This document shows positions 50,132 to 62,365 of a stretch of 64,000 nt of DNA, piece after piece. The position numbers and the translations under genes are program-made. The notes under the pieces are model-generated. The model was not told where the DNA came from and searched no databases. It saw nothing but the letters and a program-made list of their open reading frames with translations. Position 1 is the stretch's first letter; every line of letters begins with the position of its first letter. The stretch comes from Octopus sinensis (taxonomy: Eukaryota), in assembly GCF_006345805.1 (NCBI RefSeq), contig NC_043002.1, forward strand, positions 67,146,001-67,210,000, read 5' to 3'.

Positions 50132-50665
50132 ATATATCTGTTTCTGCCAATATAAAACATTTCTACTTGTCTGTCATGTTGACACGACACACTTTTAAGT
50201 CAACCTTTTCACTTTTAATTCCGTTTGTTCCATCAATAGTGTGTAATTGCAATTATGCGATAGCTATACTTTTTTCCTAAGTGAATAAATCATCTGGAAA
50301 AGACAGACACAGCTCTTAAATGTTCATAGTTTATTTTCAGACAATTCGTGAGAATCTTTAATTACCGAATATTTCGATTAGAGGAGCGTTTGGTTGTGGA
50401 TTATACAAATAAATTTCTGAGATAACTTAAGGAATGAGAATGACAGAAGCGCAAGAATATGAAAGAATACTCCCTTTATATATATATTACCGTATTTAGT
50501 TACACCCCTTTATGTTTTCAGTTCGAATTCCCACCGAGGGTAGCTCTCACTTTCACTCTTTTAGAGCCATAAATTAAGTAACAGTCAAGTACTGTGGTTG
50601 CTGATACGATCGATAATTTTTTTACCACGAGTTTGTTGAACTTGTGTCTGTTAGAAAGAATTATG

Positions 50666-50694
<29 letters not shown>

Positions 50695-50696
<2 letters not shown>

Positions 50697-50797
50697 TTAT
50701 TCAGTTTTATTTCAAGATTTCTTGCCAATAGAGAAAGGGTCGATTTCTAACCTAGATCCAAGGTTCATTCACTGGAGTTTCAACAACATCAACAGGA
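50695..50797 (-). mobile_element. Short 3'-end copy of the (TACA)n-associated LINE family
   Basis: TTTTATTTCAAGATTTCTTGCCAATAG..TTTCTAACCTAGATCCAAGG matches 45590-45645; abuts (TATG)n at 50662-50694. Confidence 0.8.
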
Positions 50798-50811
50798 TAT
50801 GTATGCATGTA

Positions 50812-51030
50812 TAGTTAATTCAAACATGAACAAAGAGAAAACACAACAACGCGAGGACGTGGAACAAGTATAGTGTTATTGGACGCTCACGAAAGGAAAG
50901 AAAGATGGAGGATTTAACGTTTCGAGCGGGGCTCTTCGTCAGAAACATAGAAAAGGGAAAGGTCCAAGGAAGGGAAGATGGAGAAAGAAAATCGCTAACG
51001 ATACACACGCGGTCACATATTGAAATGACC
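50812..51030 (-). mobile_element. Penelope-like terminal fragment with the best-preserved small hammerhead-like core
   Basis: Minus strand CTGACGAAGAGCCCCGCTCGAAACGTT...GAGCGTC^CAATAAC. Confidence 0.65.
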
Positions 51031-51414
51031 GGAAGGGAATGGGTGTATGAATGTATGTATGTATGTATGTATGTATGTATACGCACACTTTATTTGTGTA
51101 TGAAGGCTACACTTGGTTTCATTTTAAGGAACACCTCAACAGTTATTCAAGCCTATCACATAGAAACATTGGTGTTCGTTTCCATTAAAAAATTTTTGTC
51201 CACCAATGCAGTGCTGAGCACTCAATCTCATTGTTCGATATTTACGTATGTGTGTGTGTGTGTTTGTGTGTGTATATCTGTTTGTCTGTCTCTGTGTTTA
51301 TGTTTGTATATATATATGTATATATATGCCTCTCTGTCGGCTACGACGACAAGTGTTCCAGTTGATCCGAACAACGGAACAGCCTGCTCATTAAATGCTT
51401 TTTAAACCTTTCTG

Positions 51415-52200
51415 GCATACGTGGAAAACGCTGATCATGTTCATCACATGGTGATGGATGACAGACGATTGACTATAAGTCAAAAAGCCAACGCTATTAG
51501 CATATCTCGTGGTTGTAAACATTCTGCGCAATGAACTTGTGATGGCGAAGGTTTCTGCTCAGTGGTTGCCACGTTTTCTGACACCTCATCAAAAGCGCAC
51601 CAAGCTGATCACATCATGGGAAAATCTGACATTGTTTGAGGCAGATCCAGCCGGTTTCTTCGGGCATTTCCTAATGCAGGATGATTGTTTGGTTCATCAC
51701 TTTGAGCCAGATAAAAAAAAGACAATCCATGCAGTAGAAATCTCCCCTCTCACCTGCTCCAGGGAAGACCAAAGGTCGTTTCATCTGTAGGGAGGGTGAT
51801 GGCCTCAGTTTTGGGGGATGCAAAAGGCATTGTGTTTATTGACTAACTTCAAAAATGACACGCTGCCAAAGGGGAATAGTACTATGCCAATTTGCTGAGG
51901 CAGTTACGAAAGGCTCTCAAGACCTAAAGCCTAGGGAAACTGAAAGAAGGAGCCATGTTCCGTCAGGAAATTTGCTCCAGCACACAACTGCTGTGCGTGA
52001 CTGTGACTTTGGACTGGTTGATCACTCTCTGTGTTGTTCTGATTTGGCCCCGTCTTTTCCCGTACATGAAAAAACAATTGACCGGGAAGCAGTATCGCAA
52101 TGATGACGACATCATATCTGTTGTTGATGACTTTTTAGACTAATAACGCGAAAGCTTCTTCACCAATGGGATTCAAGCACTGCAGCATTGATAGAAAAAG
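51415..52200 (+). pseudogene. Mariner transposase pseudogene
   Basis: DRRLTI, KVSAQWLPRFLT (WVPREL-like), QDDCLVHHFEP, VMASVLGDAKGIVFID, YYANLLRQL, DLAPS, LTGKQYRNDDDI; several stops and frameshifts. Confidence 0.9.
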
Positions 52201-52267
52201 CTTGGCCACATTCCATGGGAGCATCTTGATCAGCCAATGATCTTTCCAGCCGACCCTCATATATATA

Positions 52268-52377
52268 TTCTTTATTTGTGAATTAAGGCTACCATTGGTT
52301 TCATGTTACAACACTAGGATATTTTCCTACTTTTCTTAACATGAAACCACTGGTAGACTTAATTAATAAATAAAGAA
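52268..52377. repeat. Imperfect hairpin (42-bp arms, 26-bp spacer)
   Basis: TTCTTTATTT..GGTTTCATGTTAA vs TTAACATGAAACC..AAATAAAGAA. Confidence 0.8.
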
Positions 52378-52428
52378 ATTATATATCCACCAATGCGGTG
52401 TTGAGCACTCATATCATCGTTCGACATT

Positions 52429-52510
<82 letters not shown>

Positions 52511-53499
52511 ATATATATACAAATATTCTATAATTCTAAACATAATTATAATCAGGGGTCAGCTAATTGCTTCACCACGCACCGAATTTAGAAACAGGAT
52601 ATATATATGTGTGTGTGTATGTATGTATGTATGTATGTATGTATGTATGTATGTATGTATGTGTGTGTGTATGTATGTATGTATGTATGTATGTATGTAT
52701 GTATGTATGTATTCTTCTGAACCTCGTCTCGAATGTAAAGTGGAAACTCCTCAATTTTTTCCATCTGATTCACTCGTAAAACTAGTTCATTGGTTCATTA
52801 GGTACGCCAATCAGTCATAATGAACCTAAACTGCATTTTTTTTCTACCCTTCCCCAATATCATATGTTAGTAGGTTAACGTGCCAATTGGTACTCTGCTT
52901 ATCGCACAGTCGTTGTCGTCCTAAAGAGGTTTAGGGCAAATAAAGCTTGTATCATTAATCATAAAAGAATGCTGAGATAATTTGTATTCCCTGAAGACTA
53001 CATACAATCATCATAGCATCCTAACTGACACCACCTTAGATATCCATTTATACTACAAGCGTAAATATAGTTGTATGCAAACCAAATTTCACTGAAATGG
53101 TAAGTGTCATGAAGCTAAGAAAACACATACAATTCTTGATTACTGAGACCAGCTTTTATTAAGTAGAACCAAAGTAGGTTCACCTTAGAGGAGCGATTAT
53201 ATTTTCAACTAAATGAATTTCTGGTGATTTTACAGAAAGTAGACTCAACAGGCGCCAAGCTTACAAATAAAATAGGCTTGAAACGTATTTCTTAGAAGAT
53301 ATATTAATAGTTCTTCCTGTACAGAACTAAATCGGTGTCACGAAGGACACGAAAACATCACCATAATCCTTCATATCCCTTATGCATCACGTTTATGAAA
53401 TCATCCTCCTCCTCCTCCTCCTCTCACTACGCTCCCATATCATCACAATCACCATCATCATCATCATCATCTTGTCGAATAGTAATAATAATCCTTTCT

Positions 53500-53625
53500 A
53501 CCATAAGCACAATGCCCTAAACTTTGGGGGAGGGGCTAAGTCGATTACGTTGACTCCAGTGTTCAAGTGGATCGTATTTTATTGACTCTGAAAGGATGGA
53601 AGACAAAATGGGCCTCGGCGGAACG
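53500..53625 (-). mobile_element. SINE family B, fragment
   Basis: CTTTCTACCATAAGCAC..GTCGATTACG..TATTGACTCTGAAAGGATG. Confidence 0.65.
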
Positions 53626-53631
53626 TGCTCC

Positions 53632-53667
<36 letters not shown>

Positions 53668-53727
53668 TAGCATTGAGGTTACTCCTCCAGAAAATATAGA
53701 AGCAAAATAATAATAATAATAATAATA

Positions 53728-53762
<35 letters not shown>

Positions 53763-53792
53763 TAATAATAATAATAATAATAATAATATTTA

Positions 53793-54008
53793 AGGAGGCG
53801 AGCTGGCAGAATTGTTAGCGCGGTGGACGAAATGCTTAGCGGTATTGCGTCCGTCTTTACGTTCTGAGTTCAAATTCCGCCGAGGTCGACTTTACATTTT
53901 ATCCTTTCGAGGTCGATAAAATAAGTACCAGTTGAATACTGCGTCTATGTAATCGACTCATCCCATCCTTCGAAAGATTGCTATCCTTGTCGCAAAATTC
54001 AAAACCAT
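53793..54008 (+). mobile_element. SINE family B, full length
   Basis: GGAGGCGAGCTGGCAGAATTGTTAGC..AAAATTCAAAACC between (TAA)n arrays. Confidence 0.9.
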
Positions 54009-54073
54009 TATTATTATAATAATAATTATTATTATTAGTATTATTATTATTATTGTTATTATTATTATTATTA

Positions 54074-54465
54074 AGGCGGCGAGCTGACAGAAACGTTAGC
54101 ACGCCGGGCGAAATGCTCAGCGGTATTTCGTCTGCCGCTACGTTCTAAGTTCAAATTCCGCCTAGGTCGACTTTGCCTTTCATCCTTTCGGGGTCGAGTA
54201 AATAAGTACCAGTTACGCACTGGGGTCGATGTAATCGACTTAATCCGTTTGTCTGTCCTTGTTTGTCCTCTCTGTGTTTAGCCCCTTGTGGGTAGTAAAG
54301 AAATAGGTATTTCGTCTGCTGCCACATTCAGATAGCGGCGTGGTCGACATTGCCTTTTATCTTTTTGGGGTCGATAGATTAAGTACCAGTTGAATGTGGG
54401 GGTCGATGTGATCGAATGTCCCTCTCCTCACAAAATCCAGGCCTTGTGCCTATAGTAGAAAGGAT
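54074..54465 (+). mobile_element. SINE family B composite (long unit plus headless second unit)
   Basis: Junction AAAGAAATAG/GTATTTCGTCTG at about 54308. Confidence 0.9.
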
Positions 54466-54494
54466 TAATAATAACAATAACAACAAAAATAAAT

Positions 54495-54650
54495 TTGGCA
54501 CAAATCCAGCAATTTCGGTGGAGGGGTAAGTCGATTATATTGACCACAGTGCTCAACTGGCACTTATTTTATCAACCCCGAAAGGATGGAAGGCAATGTC
54601 GAACTTGGCGGAATTGGAACTCAGAACGTGGAGACCCAGAAGAAACACTG
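54495..54650 (-). mobile_element. SINE family B
   Basis: CCAGCAATTTCGGTGG..TTTATCAACCCCGAAAGGATG..GAACTCAGAACG. Confidence 0.75.
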
Positions 54651-54934
54651 CTAAGTTAGTTTGTATTTTGGTGGTCGAATTCACAATATTAAAATGATTT
54701 GACATAGAAAAAAAAATAATGAGTTTGTCGACCATTCAGCCAAATAGATTAGTCCTACCCACTCAACATCTCTCAGTAAACATATTTTCGTGAAAACCTA
54801 ACACACTGTTGTAAGCACTTAGCGGCGTCTTTCAACTTTACTTAAGTGTTTTTACTGCTCTCTTCTGATTTCTTTTATTAGGGACTCCTTAAGCATTTAA
54901 AATTGATACCTACTTAACCCCTGCTCCAGTGAAG

Positions 54935-55351
54935 TATTATTATTATTATTATTATTATTATCATCATCATTACTATTATTATTATTATTATTATCATCAT
55001 CATTACTATTATTATTATTATTATTATCATCATCATTACTATTATTATTATTATTATTATCATCATCATCATCACTATTATTATTATTATCATCATCACT
55101 ATTATTATTATTATTATTATTATCATCATCATCACTATTATTATTATTATTATTATTATTATCATCATCATTACTATTATTAATATTATTATCATCATCA
55201 TTACTATTATTATTATTATTATCATCATCATTACTATTATTATTATCATCATCATCATCATCATCATTACTATTATTATTATTATCATTATCATCAGAAC
55301 TATTATTATTATTATCATCATCATCATTACTATTATTATTATTATTATTAT
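54935..55351. repeat. (ATT)n(ATC)n compound microsatellite with higher-order period
   Basis: A unit like (TAT)5-7(CAT)3TAC recurs about every 30-35 bp. Confidence 0.95.
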
Positions 55352-56912
55352 TCAGTAGTTTTATTTTTATAGCGTGCTTTCACTTCACTACCGAGCGCAG
55401 CTCTGTGTGCCTTGGGTATGTGCTGTGATTTGTTGTGATGCTCTGATGGTTATTGTATGGAAAGTGTTCTGCGTAGGATGTGTGCAGTGCCTAGTAGTGC
55501 AATTTTCTGTATGTTATATGTGTTTGTAAGTCCTGGTGTTTTTGTTATGTATTTGTCTGAATATTTTTTTATCATGCCTAATGCACCTACTATGATAGGA
55601 ATTGTTTCTGTTTTCAGATTCCACATTCTAGTTACCTCTATTTCCAGGTCTTTGTATTTTGAGAGTTTCTCCATTTCTTTTAGAGACACGTTGTCATCAG
55701 CCGGTATTGATACATCAATTAGAAAGCATTTTTTTTCTTCATGATCTCTGACAACTATATCTGGTCTGTTGGCCTTAATTTCTCTATCTGTGTGTATCGG
55801 CATATCCCAGAGTATGGTTGCTTTCTCGTTTTCTGTGACCTTTTCTGGTGTGTGCCTATACCATCTTTTTCTGTTGTTATTCCATAATGTTGGCATAGCT
55901 TCCAATGTATGTAGGTTCCAACTCTGTCATGTCTGTGAATATATTCCTTCTTAGCCAGGACTGGGCAGCTAGAGATAATATGATTTATTGTTTCTTGTCC
56001 ATCTCCACATATTCTGCAGTTACTTGTAATATTTCTTTTCATTACATGTTTTTGGTAATTTCTGGTGGGGAGGCTTTGGTCTTGTGCTGCAATTAAAAAT
56101 CCCTCTGTTTCTGCTTTGAGTCCTGAGCTTCTCAACCATTGCTGGGATTTTTCTTTGTCTATTTCTTTTGCGTTTAGTTTAGTCCAGTATTTACCATGAA
56201 GGGGCTTTTCTTGCCATCGTTTTATCATGGTTCGTTGCTGTTCTATTTTTAGTTTGGATTTTATTTGTTTTATAGCTTTTGTTGTTTCTTCATCTTCTTC
56301 TTCTTCTTCATGTTTATTAGGTGGTATGATTTCTTGTTTGTATTTGTCAGCTTCCTTAAATACTGAGAACAGTTTTTTGTTTTGCTCGTGTTTTGCCGCT
56401 ATCTGGATCAGTTTTCCTTCCTTCTGAAGTAGATATTTTTGCAGTCCTATGGTGGTTATTTTATAGTAGTTTTCCAGCTGTATAAGGCTTCTACCACCTT
56501 CTATACGTTGTATATATAGTCTTTCTATGTCAGATTTTGGTTGATGCATCCTAGATCCTGTCATTATTTTTCTTGTTTTCCTATCTATTTTGGTCAGTTC
56601 ATTTCGTGTCAAGTTAAGGATATTGTAGCTGTAACTTATAACTGGGACAGCTAAAGTGTTGATACCTATTATCTTGTTTTTAGCATTGAGCTCTGTGTTT
56701 AGTATTGATCTAACTCGTCTATAATATTCTTTTTTATTTTCTCTTTCATTTGCGTGTGTTGTGTCTTATCTAGTTCATGGATTCCTAAGTATTTGTAAGT
56801 TTGGCTTTGGTCTAATTCTTTTATTTCATTGGTTTTATCTAGTGTGATGTTGTTACTCTTAACTAGTTTTCCTCTTTTCATAGTTACTTTGGCGCATTTT
56901 TCTAATCCAAAT
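55352..56912 (-). mobile_element. 5'-truncated Dong/R4-like RLE non-LTR retrotransposon in (TAA)n
   Basis: Starts at FGLEKCA; YKYLGI; CRICGDGQETINHIISSC; RHDRV; RLE ANRPDIVV..LIDVSIP..EKLSKYKDL; short 3' UTR then (TAA)n; two -1 frameshifts in A runs. Confidence 0.92.
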
Positions 56913-56928
56913 TATTATTATTATTATC

Positions 56929-56960
<32 letters not shown>

Positions 56961-56965
56961 TATTA

Positions 56966-57172
56966 GGGCGGCGAGCTGGAAGAATCGGACGAAATGCCTA
57001 GCAGTATTTCACTCGTCACTATACGTTCAGGATTGAAATTTCGCTAAGGTCGACTTTGCCTTTCATCCTTTCAGGGTTGATAAATTAAGTACCAGTGAAA
57101 CACTGGGGTCGAGCTAATCGACTAGTCCCCTCCCCACAAATTTCAGGCCTTGTGCCTTTAGTAGAAAGGATT
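56966..57172 (+). mobile_element. SINE family B
   Basis: GGCGGCGAGCTGG..GTCGACTTTGCCTTTCATCCTTTC..TAGTAGAAAGG. Confidence 0.85.
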
Positions 57173-57173
57173 A

Positions 57174-57216
<43 letters not shown>

Positions 57217-57217
57217 A

Positions 57218-57418
57218 GCCAGTGAGCTGGCAGAATCGTAAGCATTTCGGGTAAATTGCTTAGCAGCATTTCGCCCGTCACTACGTTCCGAGTTCAAATT
57301 CCGCCGAGGTCGACTTTGCCTTTCAACCTTTTGGGGTCGATAAAATAAGTACCAGTTGAACAGTGGGGTCGTTGTAATCGACTCATCCCCAAGCTACCCT
57401 TGGGGCAAAAATTTGAAA
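57218..57418 (+). mobile_element. SINE family B
   Basis: GAGCTGGCAGAATCG..GTTCAAATTCCGCCGAGGTCGAC..AAAATTTGAAA. Confidence 0.85.
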
Positions 57419-57454
57419 TACTACTACTACTACTAATAATAATAATAATAATAG

Positions 57455-57745
57455 ACCAGAGAGATAGAGAGAGTAGATGAAGAAAATTTGACAGAACAAA
57501 AAGATGCACAGTCAGTTCTTGAAGAATAAGGATGAGATTGATTGGAATATAACCTGGCAATGGGTGCAGAAAGGAGACTTAAAAGGGCCCACTAAGGCAT
57601 TAGTGTGCAGTGCTCAAGAACAAGCTCTCAGAACAAACTACTCCAAATATCACATTGATACAAGCACTGACTCGCCTCAGTGTAGGATGTGTCTTGAGAA
57701 GGGAGAAAGTATAAGCAATATTGTTAATGAGTGCTGTAAGCTGCT
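57455..57745 (+). pseudogene. Dong/R4-like LINE fragment (zinc-finger region)
   Basis: MHSQFL..TWQWVQKGDLKGPTKALVCSAQEQALRTN..CRMCLEKGESISNIVNECCKL; preceded by (TAA)n. Confidence 0.8.
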
Positions 57746-58009
57746 GTCAGGCTCGAGGCGATCCAGAAGACAACATTGTTGGGTACAGCATGCATTCTAA
57801 GGAGAATATTGTCTCTTTAAGTCACAGGAGAAGGTAATACGTGAAACCTTTGGTGATTTGTTACTGCCTGCTTTCAAGTAAAGAATAACCGGTAATTAAA
57901 AACTATCCGAGAGTCTTTCAGAACAACAACAACAATTATTATTATATTATTATTATTATATTATTATTATTATTATTATTATTATTATCATCATCATCAT
58001 CATCATCAC

Positions 58010-58541
58010 TGAGTGAGAGAGCAGTGCATGCCATCAAAGTGACACTGGGGTAAATTATACGAAGCCCAGTATACCCATCATGACTACCCGTCTGATAAGA
58101 GTACACCAGGCACATGCATCACAACCATATGTGCGCGACATGATCTCATATCAAGATAAACAGCACATGACCTTGCAGGTGGGGCCCAGTTCGAATTTTC
58201 TTCAGGTTGAGTAGCCCATTCCGCTCAAAAGGTCCCTGAATAAGGATTGTTTAAGGATGTTGAACGAAACATCCTTGTTTCCAGAGGTGAATTATTCAAA
58301 CCCAAAGAATCCCTCTCAACACATGGCTATGATGCTCCCCTACTACTTCTGCTCATGATCAGAGATGCACATATCGTCAGCCACTAAGGGGTATGGTCAA
58401 CTGGTTATGGTCAAACAACTGACAAGTAAATCTGTGGTATTGAGCAGAATATTTGCTGTAGCCAATCTTTTATACCAAGACAAAACAATGTACGTGATAA
58501 CACTTCCAATCAGTTAAGATCAGAAGCCATGAGAGCCACTG
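58010..58541 (-). repeat. Third copy of the ~550-bp (TAA)n-bounded repeat
   Basis: Reverse complement of 13524-14076 with scattered differences; its 3' end abuts (TGA)n(TAA)n. Confidence 0.9.
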
Positions 58542-59254
58542 GGAGGAAGGGTATCTTTTTTTCTTTAGAAATGTAAATAAACCCAATCTGTTTATTAAAC
58601 GAATATATAATATGCAATGTGTGTATCTGTGCAACATAGAGGGAAATTAAAACTGCATATGTTGTGAACTTAGAATATGTGTTTATTAATAAAAAGTTTA
58701 ATAACGATAATCTTTTATTTATACGAACGTAACTGATATGAAATATGTCATAAATAACAGTGACATTTTATATGACACCGCAAATAATTGTTGTTGAAAA
58801 AGATCCGGAAAATTGTATTCACCTCAATAGACGTCATTGATTGGTTGAAATTGCCGAAATGCAAGAAATTAAACAACAAATAGCTTACAAACTACAGAAT
58901 TTTCTCAAGAAAGCCAAGAGAAAAAGATGTTTTATAAACACATTCTACCAGTATATGAAGTTTAAAAGTGTTTAGTTACAAAGAAATTATTTTAAAAATC
59001 TGCCGGTCAAAGCGAAAAGATCCTTAGAATATTCCTATGTGATCGCTGGTATTTGTTTTTGTTTTTTGGCACATTAAACGTAGTTGGACAACCTTGATAT
59101 TTGAGTAAAAAAAGAGAGATTATGAGTGATGAAATAATGAAAGCAATATTTACTAAGCAAGTGAGCACTATAATACAAGAAAATAAGTAGACTTAAAATA
59201 TCATAAGAGTTATTAGAATTGAGAATCAAATGTGGAAATATTATCAAGTGGCTA

Positions 59255-59288
59255 GTAGGAAACCGTGGAAACTAAAAGAAGCCCGTCG

Positions 59289-59354
<66 letters not shown>

Positions 59355-59573
59355 TGTATATGTTTGTGTGTCTGAGTTTGTTCCCCCACCATCGCTTGAC
59401 AACCGATGTTGGTGTGTTTACGTACCCGTAACTTAGTAGTTCGGAAAAACAGACTAGTAGAATAAGTACTAAGCTTACAAAGAATAAGTCCTGGGATCGA
59501 TTTGCTCGAATAAAGGCGCTGCTCCAGCATGGCCGCAGTCAAAGGAATGAAACAAGTAAAAGAATAAAAGAAT
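59255..59573 (+). mobile_element. SINE family A, 5'-truncated
   Basis: GGAAACTAAAAGAAGCCCGTCG to GAAACAAGTAAAAGAATAAAAG. Confidence 0.88.
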
Positions 59574-60544
59574 ATATGATATTTGTGTAAACTGCTATCA
59601 TTTTACGAAAGTAAGAAACGATAAAATACGGTAAAATAAAGCAACAGAGCTTGTTCTAAACTAATGACTCAATGACTTGAACTGAAGGGACTTAGTAGTA
59701 ATTGACCGCTCGTAGTATAGCTTTTAAAGGATTATAGTTCCCCACCTGTCAGCTGGATTGGACTTTAAAATTAACTCCGATAGACAATTTAAAAATAGCT
59801 GCAGAAACTTGAGGATTGAAAAATTCCTTAGAGAAGTAAATGTTTATAATCCTTTTATTTATTAGATATGTATTTTTTTGCACTACCTCATTAGTATTTG
59901 GTTAGTTTTAAATATTGACTAATGAAAGGAAACTAATAACTTTCTTAAGATAACCTACGAAAATTTCTGTTTATTTGCATAAAAATTTCAAACCATTTTG
60001 ATTGAACGTATTTCTATCAGTCTCATGAAATTATAATTACTTAATAAACATAATTACAAGACTACTGAATATCAATATGGTAGTAATAAATCAACTTAAA
60101 CAATCCATGTCGTATGTTGGTATCGAAGTTGAATTATTTCCTGTATATGCCAATTATTGAACTATGCAATATTCATAGAAACTTTCATAAACTATAATGC
60201 AGCAGTTTCTACAAGGCACTAGCGGAGAGATTGTTTGTTCCCGTATATGTTACTTCAAAATTAGGATACAAATAATACGGATAGCTCTTATACCCAATAT
60301 TGTTATGCATACAGTTACTAGTCTTCCGAAAAAAAAATATTACCCTGCAAGCAAGTCTTCCTTCTCGCTACTGATGTTGTCCAAGGGAAAGTCCGCCGCT
60401 TTAGATTCGATTCAGTCTGGCCCCAGGCGTCACTGCAGGTGTTGCTGAGAGAACGCAAACCGCGGAAACAGATATCGAGACTCTAGTCCGATGATAAACC
60501 AGTTCTGCCGATTCTATCGGTCTTCCTCGGTATTTTTTATTATT

Positions 60545-60660
60545 ATTTTTTATTGAGCCTTGAATGGATAGACGAGAGAGCTGATTTCGCCGGGATTTGA
60601 ATTTAGAACGCTGAAAAATGACATAAATATCGCAGAGTGTTCTGTCCAAGGCTTGAACAA
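60545..60660 (-). mobile_element. SINE family B, fragment
   Basis: GATTTCGCCGGGATTTGAATTTAGAACG. Confidence 0.5.
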
Positions 60661-60689
60661 GTTTGCCTTGTACATACATACATAAAAGA

Positions 60690-61012
60690 GCACTCCGTCC
60701 GTTGCGACGGTGAGGGTCCCAGCTGATAAGATCAACGGAACAGCTTGCTCGTGAAATTAACGTGCAAGTGGCTGAGCACTCCACAGACTTGTATACTCTT
60801 AATGTAGTTCTCAGGGAGATTCAGCATGACACAGAATGTGACAAGGCTGGCCCTTTGAAATACAAGTACTACTCATTTTTGCCAGCTGAATGGACTGGAG
60901 CAACGTGAAATAAAGTGTCTTGATCAAGGACACAACGCGCCGCCGGGAATTGAACTCACGGCCTTATGATCATGAGCCGAATGCCCTAACCACTAAGCCA
61001 CGTACCTTCACA
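60690..61012 (-). mobile_element. SINE family D, full length
   Basis: Minus-strand tRNA-like head (GGCTTAGTGGTTAGGGCATTCGGCTC..GTGAGTTCAATTCCCGG); matches 39655-40012. Confidence 0.88.
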
Positions 61013-61059
61013 TGGATACATATATACATAAAACAAAATACAATGCCATTCGAAAAAAG

Positions 61060-61630
61060 ATGATCCTGGAATACATATAGAGAATCCTCCTGTTATAGAA
61101 TACGTACACAAATACCAGCACAAGGAATACTGGTGGAAAATTCCCGTCAAAACATGTCAAGTGTAAACATAACAGGCTGGATATTATTTAGGACAGACAA
61201 GGAAAAGTGTGTACCGTCATAGAGGTCAGCTGTTCTGCTGAAGCGAATATCTCTTTGAAAATCAAAGAGAAAGCAGATAAATATGGACAACCGTTTCGAA
61301 ACCTGCAGCTTCGATATCCGGATTAAAAATTTACATTTATATCAATAATAACTGGAGCACTTGGTTTTGTAAGTAAATGCCTAATTGTCAGTCTGGATAA
61401 GTTTGGATTTTCAGACAAAGAAATCAACCAACTGATTAGTACATTACAAATACAGTCTGTATGTGAAACAGTAAAAGTATTCAAGACTTTTCTCAGGTTT
61501 AAAATGTGACATTGTTGTCGTTACCGTCATTCCAAAGATGGAGCTTTGTATCTTTGTTAGACGCCAACTCCCTCTTCAGAGGAAGAATTTAAATGGTTAA
61601 ATACAGACGGGACCGAAAAAAACCCTACAC
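61060..61630 (+). pseudogene. R4/Dong-like LINE 3' fragment (RLE domain), related to the 45577-48157 lineage
   Basis: KCKHNRLDI..VIEVSCSAEANISLKIKEK..FRNLQLRYPD..TGALGFV..LQIQSV..KTFLRF*; its presumed UTR is followed by TACACATACATACATAC. Confidence 0.8.
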
Positions 61631-62214
61631 ATACATACATACATATATACAAACACAAACATACACACACACACATAAGGACACAAACATAAGCACAAAT
61701 ATACACATAGACACACACGCATTCATTGGGTCGAACACGTGTGTGTGTCTGTGTAGCGCTTCCTTTGCAGGGAATCGAAGCAACAACTTTTTTTTTGCAC
61801 AACTGGTGGGCATACTTATTGCTATATCACCTCAGAGTGACTTATGACACATACACAAAAATAAAGAGCAATAATTCCAAGTAATATTTTATGGACAAAT
61901 TTTGCTATATAAGAGTGCATCGTACATTCCAAACACATTGCGGCCTTCATGAATTGTGGATATTCCAGTGATACGATTAAAAGTGTGCGTGCGCATGTGT
62001 GCGTGTGCATGTGTGCATGTGCATGTGTGCGTGTGCATGTGCATGTGTGTGTGTGTGTGTACGTGCGTATGTGTGTATACAGATACAGATACACATATAC
62101 ATATGTCGGTAAACTGTTAAGCAATTTGGTCCGCTATATGTCATTAAAATAACTCGTCGCCGGAAATAAGTAAAATTGCTGTTTCTGTATTATATCAAAA
62201 CGTCAAACCACACA

Positions 62215-62365
62215 CACACACACGTATGTATGTATGTATGTATGTATGTATGTATGTATGTATGTATGTATGTATGTATGTATGTATGTATGTATGTATT
62301 CATGTATGTATGTATGTATGTATGTATGTATGTATCTATGCATGTCTGTCTGTCTGTATGTATGT
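62215..62365. repeat. (CA)n/(TATG)n microsatellite
   Basis: Seen directly. Confidence 0.95.

Noticed and set aside
54914-55327. Poly-I/M and poly-Y/H ORFs
   Set aside because: Read-through of the (ATT/ATC)n array.
60330-60540. GC-richer unique segment with open frames on both strands
   Set aside because: No consistent splice sites or known motif; left unannotated.
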